DNA of 64,000 nucleotides from Lytechinus pictus (taxonomy: Eukaryota), in contig NC_087251.1 in NCBI RefSeq assembly GCF_037042905.1, positions 20,648,001 through 20,712,000 on the forward strand. The letters run 5' to 3'. Of this stretch, positions 1 through 11,900 are shown piece by piece (the first letter of the stretch is position 1; every line of letters starts with the position of its first letter). Both the position numbers and the translations under genes were made by a program. The notes beneath the pieces were generated by a model. It did no database searches, had not been told where the DNA came from, and saw only the letters and a program-made list of their open reading frames with translations.

Positions 1-777
1 GATAAAAATACTTAGAAATTGGGTTAGGTTAGGGTTATCAAATTATCGGGGCAGAAAATATATTTTTTCAGTTCGCGCGTCGAGCTGGCATTAGTGATCA
101 GTGAGATTATGTTTTTAATGACATTCATTCTATTCACAGCAATATATTATTAAACATAGCCGCATGAATTATAGATAGGTCTATAGTTATCAGGTGAATA
201 ATTTACCGCTACACACTGATCATGCGGATACTGTTTTGTAAAGGGGAATTTCACCTTGATAAAAAGATTGTGAAAATATAGGCCAAAGAAAAATAATTTC
301 AAAACATCGGTGAAGGTGTTATTAAAAAAAAAATGGAGTTAGTAGAATTTCGAATGCTTGATTTGTGACGTCATAAACGAGCAGTTGCTCAATATTCTAT
401 GTAATACAAAATGCAAAAATTTTCCATTTTTAATGGACCGTAATGACCCACTTTTTTCTTTTTGGAGAGAGTATGAAGTTATCTATTGATATACTGAATG
501 TACAATAAAAGTCATTATCACGTATTTCTTGACATTTCATTTACTTTTTACCATAATTATATCCGATATAGCTGCTCGCAAAGGCCTACGCCGTCACAGA
601 TAATTATTTAAAAAATCTCACCTTTAATTTTTTTTTGGTGGGGGATGGATTTTTCCTGAACGCATACCAATTTTTCAAATTATTTTTTCTGCTATTTTCA
701 TAATTAACTTTAAATAAATTCACCTATGCACTACTTAATTTTTTCAAAGACAAAATAACAAAATTACATCTAGTCTT

Positions 778-918
778 CATCATCACCATCATCACCAACT
801 TCATTCTCATCATCATCACCACTACCACCATCATTATCATCATCATCATCATCATCATCATCACCGCCACCATCACCACCACCATCATCATCACCAAGAT
901 AATTTTCATCATCATCAT
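778..918. repeat. (CAT/CAC)n trinucleotide microsatellite
   Basis: catcatcaccatcatc... run. Confidence 0.9.
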
Positions 919-2159
919 CTTTCTTTTTTTTTCCCCTTCCCTTCTTCTTTTTTTCCTTCCTATTTTCCTCCCTTTTTAGAGGGGCACACCACCAAATAAA
1001 TATGTTTGTTGTTGTTGTATATAAGTTGGCGGATGCCTCATGAAATGAAATAAAAGAGAAAATAAGGAAATGGAAAAAGTAAGAAGAAGGATAAGAAGAA
1101 AAAAAGAAAGCCACACAAACAAGACAAAATAATATCAAAATTTTGTAATAAAGTCAGTCAGTTTAATAATTATGTTTTCAATGAAATGAGACATAAAAGA
1201 ATTGAAACAAGTAAAAAGGGCTACATCATAGTTAAAAGAAATAGAGGGAAGCTCCGAGACAATAAAAAGTGTAAAAAAAAATCAGAAAAGACTTTGAAAC
1301 ACTCTGAACACGAGTATAATATAAAAAAAAAATGGGAATAAGCGAGGACAAGTAGGTGAGGGACCCCCCCCCCTCTCTCTCTCTAGTTATTTACTCAAAC
1401 TCGCATATACAAGAGAAGAAATTCTTACTAATCAAAATATTGCGAGCAAAAAGCATGAGCTGACATTTTTTTTAATATTCAAAACTGATAGAGAGACACA
1501 TTTTGAACAATTCATGAAACATAATAATCATTCATTATAGTTACCAATCGGATTGCGACAAGATCTGAGAATTAGAAATTCATTAAAAGCATAAAATTGT
1601 ATAACATTAAAATAAGACGGGCGCAACGCATGAGCTAAAGCTTTATATACCAATTAAAAATTTGGACATTTTTAGCGCTTTCGGTGGTCATGAAAAAGAT
1701 TCATATTTCATGAAAGCTCAAATCCCGAGGAGGAATATTTTTTATTAATTGACTTAAAAAAGGCTGTTCTAATTAAGCCCCATTTAATATTTGATTACAA
1801 GTCTCGTTAAACAGTAAAAGAGGAAAAAATAAAGCATATTGTGTTCCTCAATTCTCTTTCTCTTTAACCCTATATTTTTTTTTTTTTGGGGGGGAGGTAT
1901 TTTGGTTAAAAAAAAGAGAAAAAACGATAATTGCTGGCTAGTGGGTGTATAGTGGTAGGGACACCCCGCCCCCACCCCCCCCCCCCCCCCGTAGTTACGC
2001 AAACATGGGACCAAATGATCCTACTTGTTCCAAGGCGAAACTTGTACAATCAATTAAATGTTATTTTTGAGAAAATTAAAGCTTGCGCTGTTTAAATTCA
2101 ATCTCTTTTACCTAAATTTGCGATGAATGCTAGCATTATGAAATATATAATTATCAACG

Positions 2160-2293
2160 ACTGGCGAAAAGAATAACCAACCGATCAGCTGACGAGAACG
2201 CGTATCACGTGATCTGCATATCAGCTTCGATCGCGAGTCAGAACTGAAGAGCAACTGGCAATAAAATCTGGAAAAAGTCGTCAAAATGTAAGT
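2160..2293 (+). promoter_or_regulatory. Putative promoter and non-coding first exon of DNPH1 paralog A, with palindromic E-box ATCACGTGAT (2204-2213) and donor gtaagt (2288-2293)
   Basis: Local CpG enrichment, CACGTG and a consensus donor followed by T-rich sequence; the ATG exon has an acceptor at 8722 that needs an upstream exon. Confidence 0.5.
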
Positions 2294-2507
2294 TCCCCTT
2301 CATTTCTTTCAATTTTTTTTTATTGCTAACAATGCTTTAACTTTCTTAAACAAAAATTTAATGAATAGACAGTACGATAGCTCGTACTTGTGTTATAATA
2401 CACAAATAATCATCTTCACAAAGATTTCTGACACAAAATACTACAGATGTCGCCTATGAGGTCCATACATGTAATGTTTGGACCTCATTGGTACTAGGAG
2501 TGCCCAG

Positions 2508-4488
2508 GGGCCTGTTGCATGAAAGGGTCTTTCGTAGAACCATTCTACGTAAGAACGAGATATCGCTCAACTGTTTCACAAAGCCGATTTGGGCGATACG
2601 AAGAATGGTTCTTGGAAAGACACCTCCAGACATGTCCTACGTAGGCATGATCTTCTTTGCACACCGCCCGCCACCGTCGGCATTGAGAGAAAATGCGTTT
2701 ACGGCAAGCCACACTGACATATCATCTTTAAACATATTTTTTAGGGGGTTGATGATGCATTTTATCTGGGATGGCGCCAAGTTATTTTTTATATGGGGGT
2801 TAGTTGTCATCAATTTCAGGTCGACAAGACGACCAAAAACGGATGTCATTTTAACTTCTCCGGGGGTAATGTAGGCCCAAATCATTTGTTTAAATATGTT
2901 TTATTGTATTCTCCCTCCGTCCTATCCCCACCCCTTTTCCATTAAAAAATAAATAAACTTGAACTATCGAAACGGGCGGCACTATCTCTCTGACCCCTCA
3001 TGCTTCCTCATTATAGATAATTAAACAACATGAAAACAAATTTCTTTAAAAGAAATTATGTAAAGTAAAAAGAAAAACGTGTTGATAACGTTCAGCAAAA
3101 AAAAAAAAAAAAAAAAGAACAGCAACAAAAAACGATACAAAACTAAGATATTAAACATGCTAAATCGTTTATTTAATTTTATTTCATTTTCATTATGATT
3201 ATTATTTTTTGATAAGATTAATTTTAATCAATGAAAAATTAATTCTTGCATTTGGGATGACTTGAGATGAGAAACAGTGAAACAAAACAAAAATCTGCAG
3301 TAACAAAATAGCTAATTGAATTTAAGATTAGGCCTATAGCTTACGAATCCATCACAACTTACAAATGAAGATAAGTTCATCAAAGAAAAGATTATGGAAA
3401 GTCCATACGAAGAGGCGCATTTTAATTCGTAGTGTAGGCTCCTTTCGGCTCTTATGTCACTGTTAAAGCAATCACGGTAGTCTCTACTCCTTAACTTTGA
3501 CATGTTGAACATATACATTTTTTTATATTCTTAAACCTTATATTCTATTATATAAGCTTCCATAAATTAAGTGATCAACTTTAAATATGACAAACGTTTA
3601 TGATCTTTGTAATTTTTAGCATTATTTCTGTTAATAGTATTTTTTCCATTGCGGATTGCTGTCTATGTTTTAATTACTATTGCAAAGCACTACTTTATTC
3701 ACTTGGACATGTTTGCACCAATGCATATTTTCCTTGTCTTCGGTTACTCGTCATGGAACTGAGGAATGTTTATACTTTAAACACTCACATTTGTATTTCT
3801 TGCGTTATATCTGACAAATAAAATAAATAAATTAGATTTTTCACACGCAGCCTCTCATATTTTCTTATTTAGTCTCATACAATCAGACTCTGTTGATTTT
3901 GTTTACTCTATTCAAACCCTATTTCTACCTCAACAAATAACATATTAACGCATAATTTGCAAAATTATCATTATACATAAGTATTCTATAAAAATACAGA
4001 ATATTGAACTAATAAAATGTCGAAATTACTTAGTTAAATCAATTTTTATGTCGGACAAGGGTCTCTTTCGTTGAAATATCAATGAAAGGTGTCTCTAAAA
4101 GGACACCGTGTTCTAAATAAGGGAAATAATGAAAATTTCGATTTTATTAAGTTATGTTTGTGAATCTTTAAAGTTTTTTCTCTTTTTACCTCATAAAGTA
4201 AGCTCCATACATCAATTCTACAATCAGTAATAAATAAAACATCATTTGATCTCCTTTTATTGAAATAAATGATTTTATGAAAAGTCGTCATTCCGAAATA
4301 AAAGGTTCAGGTGACGATGAAGACTAAATATTTTCCCGATACTATCGATATCAAACGATGTCGCGGACTTGGAAGACAAAATTGCCTTCGTGAAACGGAA
4401 AGCGCTGATTTGTCGCCAATCTTCCTATCTCGGAAGAATGGTCCCAGGACGTTCTTACGTATCGCTCATCTCGTCATGCAACAGGCCC
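2508..4488. mobile_element. Non-autonomous PIF/Harbinger-like DNA transposon, about 1.98 kb
   Basis: Perfect 15-bp TIR GGGCCTGTTGCATGA/TCATGCAACAGGCCC flanked by CAG (2505-2507) and CAG (4489-4491); shared subterminal motif tacgtaagaacg. Confidence 0.85.
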
Positions 4489-5294
4489 CAGGGAGCTCCC
4501 GCCCGCTTCGCTGGCCGGAGCCCTGGCCAGGACTCGTCCGTGTAATATTAGGCAGAGGATACTCTCCAAAATGGGGTAGAAGAATGGGGTCGCAATACTA
4601 ATAGCACCCCAAATAAAAGGGGAAAAAAATGAATTAAGCACTTGACTTACCTCGCCTCGATTATGCACTTACCTCCAAGTTGCAACTACAATACAATACA
4701 AGCAAGCTCTGCTTTTTAGTTGGTCTCCTTCCCTTTCGATTTTATTATTTGTAAAAAAAAAAATTGTATTTGTAGGTGCACTTTAAACCCGGACTTTCAT
4801 GCTTCGTATTAGACACTTTCATACGCTTCCGTTTGTACCCTCCTCCGTTGTCCCCATCCTTTTGCGCGATCATCAAATCATCATCACAAACGTCCCGTGG
4901 CACAACAAACATCAAAACTTCAAAGATGAAACCTCACTAAGTAAATTTAGTTCGATCTATAATTCTAGTCATTCTGCAGGGTTCCGTTACACATCCATCG
5001 ATCCAAAAATACACAGAATCAATTAATTAAAGTATTGAAAGGGAGTCAAATTCGGAAGGTTGAAAAATCGTATGCCTTCGCCGGGTCCCATCTTGTACAC
5101 GTTTTTTATAACAAAATACTGCCCCTCGTCAATTTTAAGCCCTTACCAAATTTGAACAAGAGATGGCGCTATTTCACTTCCTGGCAGTAACAGTATTATA
5201 CAAAAATGATTTGAATGTATTGAACTATCATTGTAAATGTAAAAAGATTGAAAGAGAAAATAAATGAATTGAATTGAATATGGATGAAGAATGA

Positions 5295-5495
5295 GACCCA
5301 GAATCCTGACGTTGAGGCACAAACTGGACCCTAATCAAAAAAAGGAAAAGTTCTGTCTCGGTCGTTCTCCTTCGGGCTTCTTTCGAAATTGAAAACAAAA
5401 TGGCAGATCGATACCGAGAACGAACGCGACATTAGAGGTCTAACTTTTTCTTTTTTGAGGGTCCAGATTGTGCCTCGATGTCAGGATTCTGTGTC
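5295..5495. repeat. Palindromic MITE-like inverted repeat (about 55-bp arms)
   Basis: gacccagaatcctgacgttgaggcacaaactggaccct... pairs with ...agggtccagattgtgcctcgatgtcaggattctgtgtc. Confidence 0.75.
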
Positions 5496-5555
5496 ACGAT
5501 ATCATGCATTATAATCGAGGTAAGTGCATATTTTTCCCCTTTTATTTGGAGTGCT

Positions 5556-7222
5556 TTATACCGCATCTACTGGAAAAATACAGTTGTGTCTGCAGTCAAG
5601 TTTTCAGGTCTATCTTGTACTGTACGTTGTCTTCCTAACTTGGATAAATTGCTATCTGTGCTATTTGTGCTTTGTTGTGCCAATGCAGTGACTAATAGTA
5701 ATACTCCCACGCGTGAATATAATGCCACGCAGACCAAAACTTGTCTAGGTTTGTTTTGAAGTGATTGACTGTTGATGCTGTGTCTACTTCAGCAGGCAAA
5801 GAATTCCAGTTGCTCACCACTCTAACACTGAAGGTGTTTTGCCTCACACACAACCTACTCCTTTTCAGAAAAAGCTTGTAAGGATGGCCACGGGTTGCTT
5901 GAGTGGTAGCTGATGTGAAGAACAAGTCTCTATTCACATCAATGCTGTGGATTATCTTATAGACTTGAATCATGTCACCCCTTCGCAGTCTGTACTTGAT
6001 GGAAGGTAATTTCATTGCACGCAGCCTTCTGCCATTGTCCATTTCCTTCAGGGTTGGTACTAGCTTGGTTGCTCGTTGCTGGACTTTCTCAAAGCCTTCA
6101 GGTCAGAAGTATATCTTGGGTACCATATCCCATTCGCATATTCCAGAATTGGTCTCACAAGTGACTTGTATAACCTCTTGATGTTGTCTTTGTCTATGCA
6201 CAAAGGTTCGTCGAATCGTAGCAAGCACACGGTTTGCTTTCAAGACTGCGCTGGCTACTTGGGAGTGGAATTTCAGTTGAGAGTCCATGACGACTCCCAA
6301 GTCTCTTTCCTCTGACACTTCTTCAAGCACATCTCCATCTAGAGGATACTGATGACGGGAATTCTGATGACCTAGATGGAGGGATCTGCACTTTGCTGTA
6401 TTGAACTGAAGCTGCCACTTCTTGGACCACTCAGTTAAGTTGTCTAAGTCAGCTTGCAGCCTGTCACAGTCATCCTCCATTCTGATCTCTCTGAAAAGTT
6501 TGGTGTCGTCAGCGTATATCTTTATGATACTGCTTACTATCTCAGGCAGATAGTTGATAAATACAACAAACACTGTCGGTCCGAGGACACTACCTTGAGG
6601 CACTCCACTTCTAACAGGTAACCACTGTGAAGTTTTTCCATTCATAACAACTCTCTGCCTGTGATGGGTCAAGAAGCTGTAAAGCCATTTCCCCAGACTA
6701 CCTGTTAGACCATAGGATCTGAGTTTCTTCATCAGTCGCTCATGGGGCACAGAATCAAAAGCTTTACAGAAATCAAGGTAGATGCAATCAACTTCACGTC
6801 CTTCATCAAGAGAGGCAGTCCACAATTCCATGACTTCAAGCAGTTGTGTGACACAAGACCTTCCCGGAAGAAATCCATGTTGTGCATCGCACAATAAATC
6901 ATTCTGAATCAATTGTTTGAGAATGGCATCACGCACAATATATTCCATGATCTTTCCAATAAGTGAAGTCAGGCTTATTGGTCTATAGTTTTCGACAGCA
7001 TCCTTCTTTCCTTGCTTATGTATTGGTGTGATATTTGCATCTTTCCATGACTGTGGAAGATACCTTTCTTTCAGGGACTTTCTGAAGATAAGTGCAAGAG
7101 GTATGCAAATCGTTCCAGCAGTTTCTTTGAGAACTCTTGGGTGAAATCCATCAGGCCCTGCTGATTTTGAACACTTCAGTAATTTCAGCTTGTTCTTCAC
7201 AGTACGTCACAGTACTTGTGGT
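5556..7222 (-). mobile_element. 5'-truncated, frameshifted CR1-type non-LTR retrotransposon (RT domain, C-terminal region and 3' UTR)
   Basis: ORF 6103-7200 has KSAGPDG, NYRPISLTS, QHGF, LDFCKAFDSV, GVPQGSVLGP and YADD. It continues through frameshifts (LYKSLVRPILEY, EKVQQRATK) into ORF 5692-6042 (RRGDMIQVYKI...TRGH...FSVRVVSNWNSLP). Confidence 0.93.
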
Positions 7223-7424
7223 AAAGTAAACATGCACCATATCTGTCACAACAAATTCAAAGAATATGACCTGTCCACTAAAATTCTTTTTGTTTATTGT
7301 ATGTTGTTCCTCACATGTATCGAGCATCCAGGGGGCCTTTTGAAAAAAATTTGCGTTTAAATGCAAATCTAAAAATCAAGCGCAATTTCAAATCATCCAT
7401 TTCATTGGTTGAAAATCAGGTTGC
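7221..7424 (+). repeat. Diverged copy of the 5' end of the DNPH1-A intron (8906-9105 plus 9197-9201)
   Basis: aagtaaacatgcaccatatctgtcacaac...ttcattggttgaaaatcagg aligns along its length with 8908-9105. Confidence 0.9.
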
Positions 7425-7516
7425 TATTGCAACCCCATTCTACCCCCTTTTGGAAAGTACTCGTGTCTTCCTAATATATTACACGGACGAGTGGGTTAGC
7501 CGCCATTAAACTTTAA

Positions 7517-7921
7517 AGGTCAAGTCCACCCTAGAAAAAATGTTGATTTGAATAAATACAGAAAAATCAAAACTAGCATAATTCTAAAAATGTCATCGAA
7601 ATCGGATGTAAAATAAGATTAAAGTTTCGCTTATTTTTCACAAAATGCACAACTCAAGTGACATTGTCATTAGCCAGGAGGCTCCTACAAGATCTAGACC
7701 TGCTCTAAACAAATCCAATTTCATAAAATACAAAAGAACAAGTGGGGATATGACATCATCAATTTGCTCATTGAATATTCATGAGGACATGCCTAGAACT
7801 GACCACCGGAATAATGCAAAACTTTGAAATGTTATAACTTTGTTTTAGACTTGTCCAATTTTGATCAAATTTTCAGCGTTTTGTTTGTCAAATCATATTA
7901 TCTTCAGCCTGGAGTATTCCT
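7517..7921. mobile_element. TTAA-TSD MITE (AGGTCAAGTCCACCC family), internally deleted copy
   Basis: ttaa|aggtcaagtccaccc ... cct|ttaa; homologous to 23373-23971. Confidence 0.75.
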
Positions 7922-8757
7922 TTAACATATTGCTGTGCGTGTGGAGATATGATTGAAACATACAAGTAAAAACTGTATGACCAGGATGTAGTGCCAGATT
8001 TGGGTCTGGTGCATGGTCATGGGCCTACCGGAGGTCAAAATAAAATTGTGCATTCCGAGGTCAGTCACTGAGAAAGGTAAGAAATCTTTATGAATAAAGA
8101 ATGAGGAAACCTTGGATAAGTAATAGCACCCAGTGTCCACAGCTTCGAGAATAGACTTGATAAGTATTGGGATACATTTAAGTATTGGAGATGTGAACCA
8201 GTGAAATTCAAGTTTGACGCTAACCCATCAGGACATGATCCTGCCAACCTAAAGAGGAGAAAGAATTTGGAGCTGAATACAGAGTTTTAAAGACTTCGTT
8301 CAGAAGCATCCATAGGTAATTAGGTATCCATAGGTAGGTAAAATCGTTCGTAGCACATCATGATCAGGTCCAACCTCGCAATACGTGTAAGTGGATCAGG
8401 GCCGGTAGCCTATCAAACTTATTAATGTCTAATGATTAGTCGATTGACTTGCCTAAGTTTTAGCAATGCCAATCGGCTAAGCCTATTAATGTGCTTTATA
8501 TCCTACACATATCCTTCGGTTTGTGAAAAATCCCATCTGGACCATGCTACATGTACATTACGAACCTGACCTCAACAATTTGTTGGTGTTTTATGGTTAC
8601 TTTGAATTGCAATTTTTTGTAGCTCTTGACTATCAAGGTAACCATTGCAGATTTCATTCTAAATATTGCCTATTTATCGCTCATCAACAACTTCTTTTTT
8701 CATTAAAATTCTTTCTTTTCAGAGACTCGAACCTTGAGGCTGTAACTAAGAATAAAC

Positions 8758-8905
8758 ATGGGTGATCGTCAACTGAAGATTTATTTCTGTGGTAGTATCC
8801 GTGGAGGCAGACAGGACGCGGAGCTCTACGCAAGGATCATCAAGCAGCTGGAAGCGTATGGGAAAGTCCTCACAGAACATGTTGGCCACAAAGATTGCAC
8901 AACAT
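8758..8905 (+). CDS. DNPH1: DNPH1 paralog A coding exon 1
   Basis: ATG at 8758, acceptor ttttcag ending 8722, donor gtaagt at 8906; MGDRQLKIYFCGSIRGG...TEHVGHKDCTT. Confidence 0.95.
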
Positions 8906-11900
8906 GTAAGTAAACATGCACCATATCTGTCACAACACATTCAAAGAATATGACCTATCCACTAAAATTATTTTTGTTTATTTTATGTTGTTCGTCATAT
9001 GGGTCCAGCCTCCAGGGGCCTTTTGAAAAAAGAGTTGCATTTGAATGCAAATCTAAAAATGAAGCGCAATTTCCAAATTCATACATTTCATTGGTTGAAA
9101 ATCAGGGTCCCTTAACACAAAGGTTAGCAATTAATCATACGCTTGATTTTTACGATTGATTGTTCATTGTTCTATGATCATTGTTACGGGCCCCAGGTTG
9201 CATTTGATTCTTGAAGTTGTGTTTGATCGCAACTCTTTCTGCAACATTTGGGTTCCAGAGGTGTGTCATACAAAATGACAGTGCTCTGCATAAACACAAA
9301 TCCAGAAATGAAAGCACACAAATATTTCAACCAACAAGGGCATTGTGACATGAAGCTTAATTATTTATGTGGTGCTAATTTTTTACGATTGATCTTATAC
9401 ACTTTTCAATGCAATCAATTGTAGAAATCAGCTTTATGATTAATCACTAAGCTTGATGTTACAGGACCCAGAAGCACAGTCAAAAACCCCAGTTGTATTA
9501 TACTAGTTTACAGGAAACGGGTTCAGTAAACCAGTGTGGCAGATTGCTTTGGTAGCATTCCCACCTGATCACCTGAAAGGGGTTTTCAAAACCACTTCAC
9601 GTAAAGCGGTCTTGATGCTACGGGAATGCTCTCAAATTACTCTCAATGGGGTCACATGTTTCCTGCAAAATTTGAAACCATAGCATAGACATTCTACACA
9701 CAGTGTGTGGAGTAGCACTCTCGAAATGTGCGAAGATCGCTTCCCGCTAATGGTTGTGTCTTCACTTACACTAAAACCAGTTGAATGAGGCAAAGCGATC
9801 CTGAAAACTACATCGCGAGGTGGTTTTCTGAACTGGTTTAGAAAATTGCTTCCAAGGCCGCTTCAAGTGTTCTCATTACACTTTAAACTAGTTTTGGGAA
9901 GGTAATGAGAACGGGGTCAAAGGAATTCAGTGGTGCATTTTGTTCAAATTTCTGAGTAGGAACTAATCAGAATTGTTTTGTCAAATTTGCAATGCATCAG
10001 CAATTTTATATTTGATGAGATTATTCTTTTCCAGCATTAAACCCTAGATTTTATGTAATAAACTGTTTTTAATGGCTTTTTAAAATATTATTGAAAGTGA
10101 ATAACAAACTGAGTCTGGCAAATTATACCCAGTTAGCCCAGAGACAGGCCAGCAAGTCTATTGCAGACACTTATAGTCAAGAACTTAGTTTTTACTCCTT
10201 TTAAAGACCAACTTAGCTTTCCATTTCTTTTAATGATTTATGAATCAAAAAGATAATTATTTTGATGATAAATATGTGGTTGACAAAATTTTATTCATCT
10301 GTTTTATTTTTTACTTATTATTTTTCCATGGATTTTCTTTTTTTATTTTGCATTTACCAATTCTACAACACACTGACAGTTCCAACAGGAGGTAAAGAAA
10401 TTTTTAGTATCTATCCCCCAGATTTTCTTATTTAAAAAAAATTTCATTTCACATAATATGTCCTCTTCATCTTTGTCTTAACAAAGATTGTTCATGCAAT
10501 GTGTTTTGTCTTTATTTTATGTGCATTATCAAACAAAGAGATATATATATTATATATACTAGTAATCAGTATTTACAATCAAATTTTGTAACTTTTAGTG
10601 GTTCATCAATCGTCATACATTTGTAGAATATCAATCATTTGAGCATGACCAGTTCATTGTTTCATTCTGCACATAATCAGGAGAAGGTCATTTGAACTCA
10701 AACGGCATGGTGGTCATAATTTCAATGAGATAAGCATCAAATTTCATGTTTGATAACATATCTTTGAATCGTGTTTTTCATTAGACCCACTGGAAAGCAA
10801 GTAACAAGTACCTTTATAAAGAGTTCATTGGCGTGCTATTCTAGTCACTGAGGGGCCGTTTCATGAAAGTTGTCAGCTCTGACAAGTTGTCTTTCTCCGA
10901 CAGTTACCGTAATGACAGTCAGAGGCCAGTGCTTCTCAGCCAATCAAAAGCAAGGATTTCACTGAAAGTTGTCAGCTCTCACAACTTAGTCAGTGCTGAC
11001 AACTTTCATGAAATGCCCAAGTCTATGCAATTTTTGTACCCTGCTATATATCAGGCATGCTTGTATAATATATATATATTTTTTTAATCTGCCTATGTAT
11101 GAAAGGAAAGGTCATTTAAATAACTTGCCTATGAGTAAAATCAGAACTGGTCTATTGATTGTGCATTGTATGTGTTGTATCATGTTACATTGTATCTTGA
11201 AATGCTATTTATCACATGATCATAAAACCAGAGTAATATCCCCACCACCCCCATTCAACTTACCAGAGTCTAAGGAAGAGGATCATGAAAAAATAGAAAC
11301 ATGACATTCACCTTGTCTATTTCAATTGTTTTAATGTAATGGCAGTATATTAAAAAGGGCATTGTCTGGAAATTACTGGCGTAAATCCGAGCAGTGAATC
11401 TGTTGTTCAGGGCCAGGGGGACGATCTATTGTTTATCCCCCCCCCCCCCCACTTGAATAGTATGATGTCACGGATTTATGCCAAAAGCTGCAAATGATTT
11501 ATGGGTTCATGAGGGAAGATATAGTCATCACATATCAAGCTGCCCATATTAACCTACTGTATGCTAAGAATTATTTTTGTGAATGAATTACACTTTGAAA
11601 TGCTTGGGAGTCTAGTTTCAACTATTCATCCTTTCAGACATTATCGCGACGGTTAATTTCCAAATTTTTGTCTAATGCCAATTAGTCCAATTGCCAACTC
11701 GTATACTATCATATGGTCTACCATCAGTTCGTCCACTCACCACGTGGTCTACTTTCATTTAGTCTAATGCCATTCCGTCTAATAACCAGTTGGTCCAATA
11801 GCCATTTACTACCTTTTGGCCTAATTGGACTGTTAAATTGTGCAAAACGGATGAAAATGAAATGGATATTAGACCAACTGGTTACGAGACAAAATAGTCA

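Larger units (their letters stand above)
4531..7493. mobile_element. DNA transposon relic with about 130-bp TIRs (terminus (C/G)ACTCGTCCGTGTAATA); right TIR split by the LINE-intron insertion
   Basis: 4531-4665 is the reverse complement of 5510-5555 joined to 7426-7493; no clear TSD. Confidence 0.65.

Noticed and set aside
19..38. TTAGGG-like telomeric motif
   Set aside because: Only 2-3 imperfect units; such motifs are common inside dispersed repeats
724..1138. Met-rich and Asp-rich ORFs
   Set aside because: Translations of the (CAT/CAC)n microsatellite and adjacent low-complexity purine runs
2488..2885. Overlapping 128-aa and 82-aa ORFs
   Set aside because: Within the non-autonomous Harbinger-like element; no transposase or Myb-like motifs recognisable
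4600..4680. Minus-strand donor sites suggesting a divergent gene's first exon
   Set aside because: They lie within the TIR of the 4531-7493 element and are mirrored at about 5520; no downstream minus-strand exons were found
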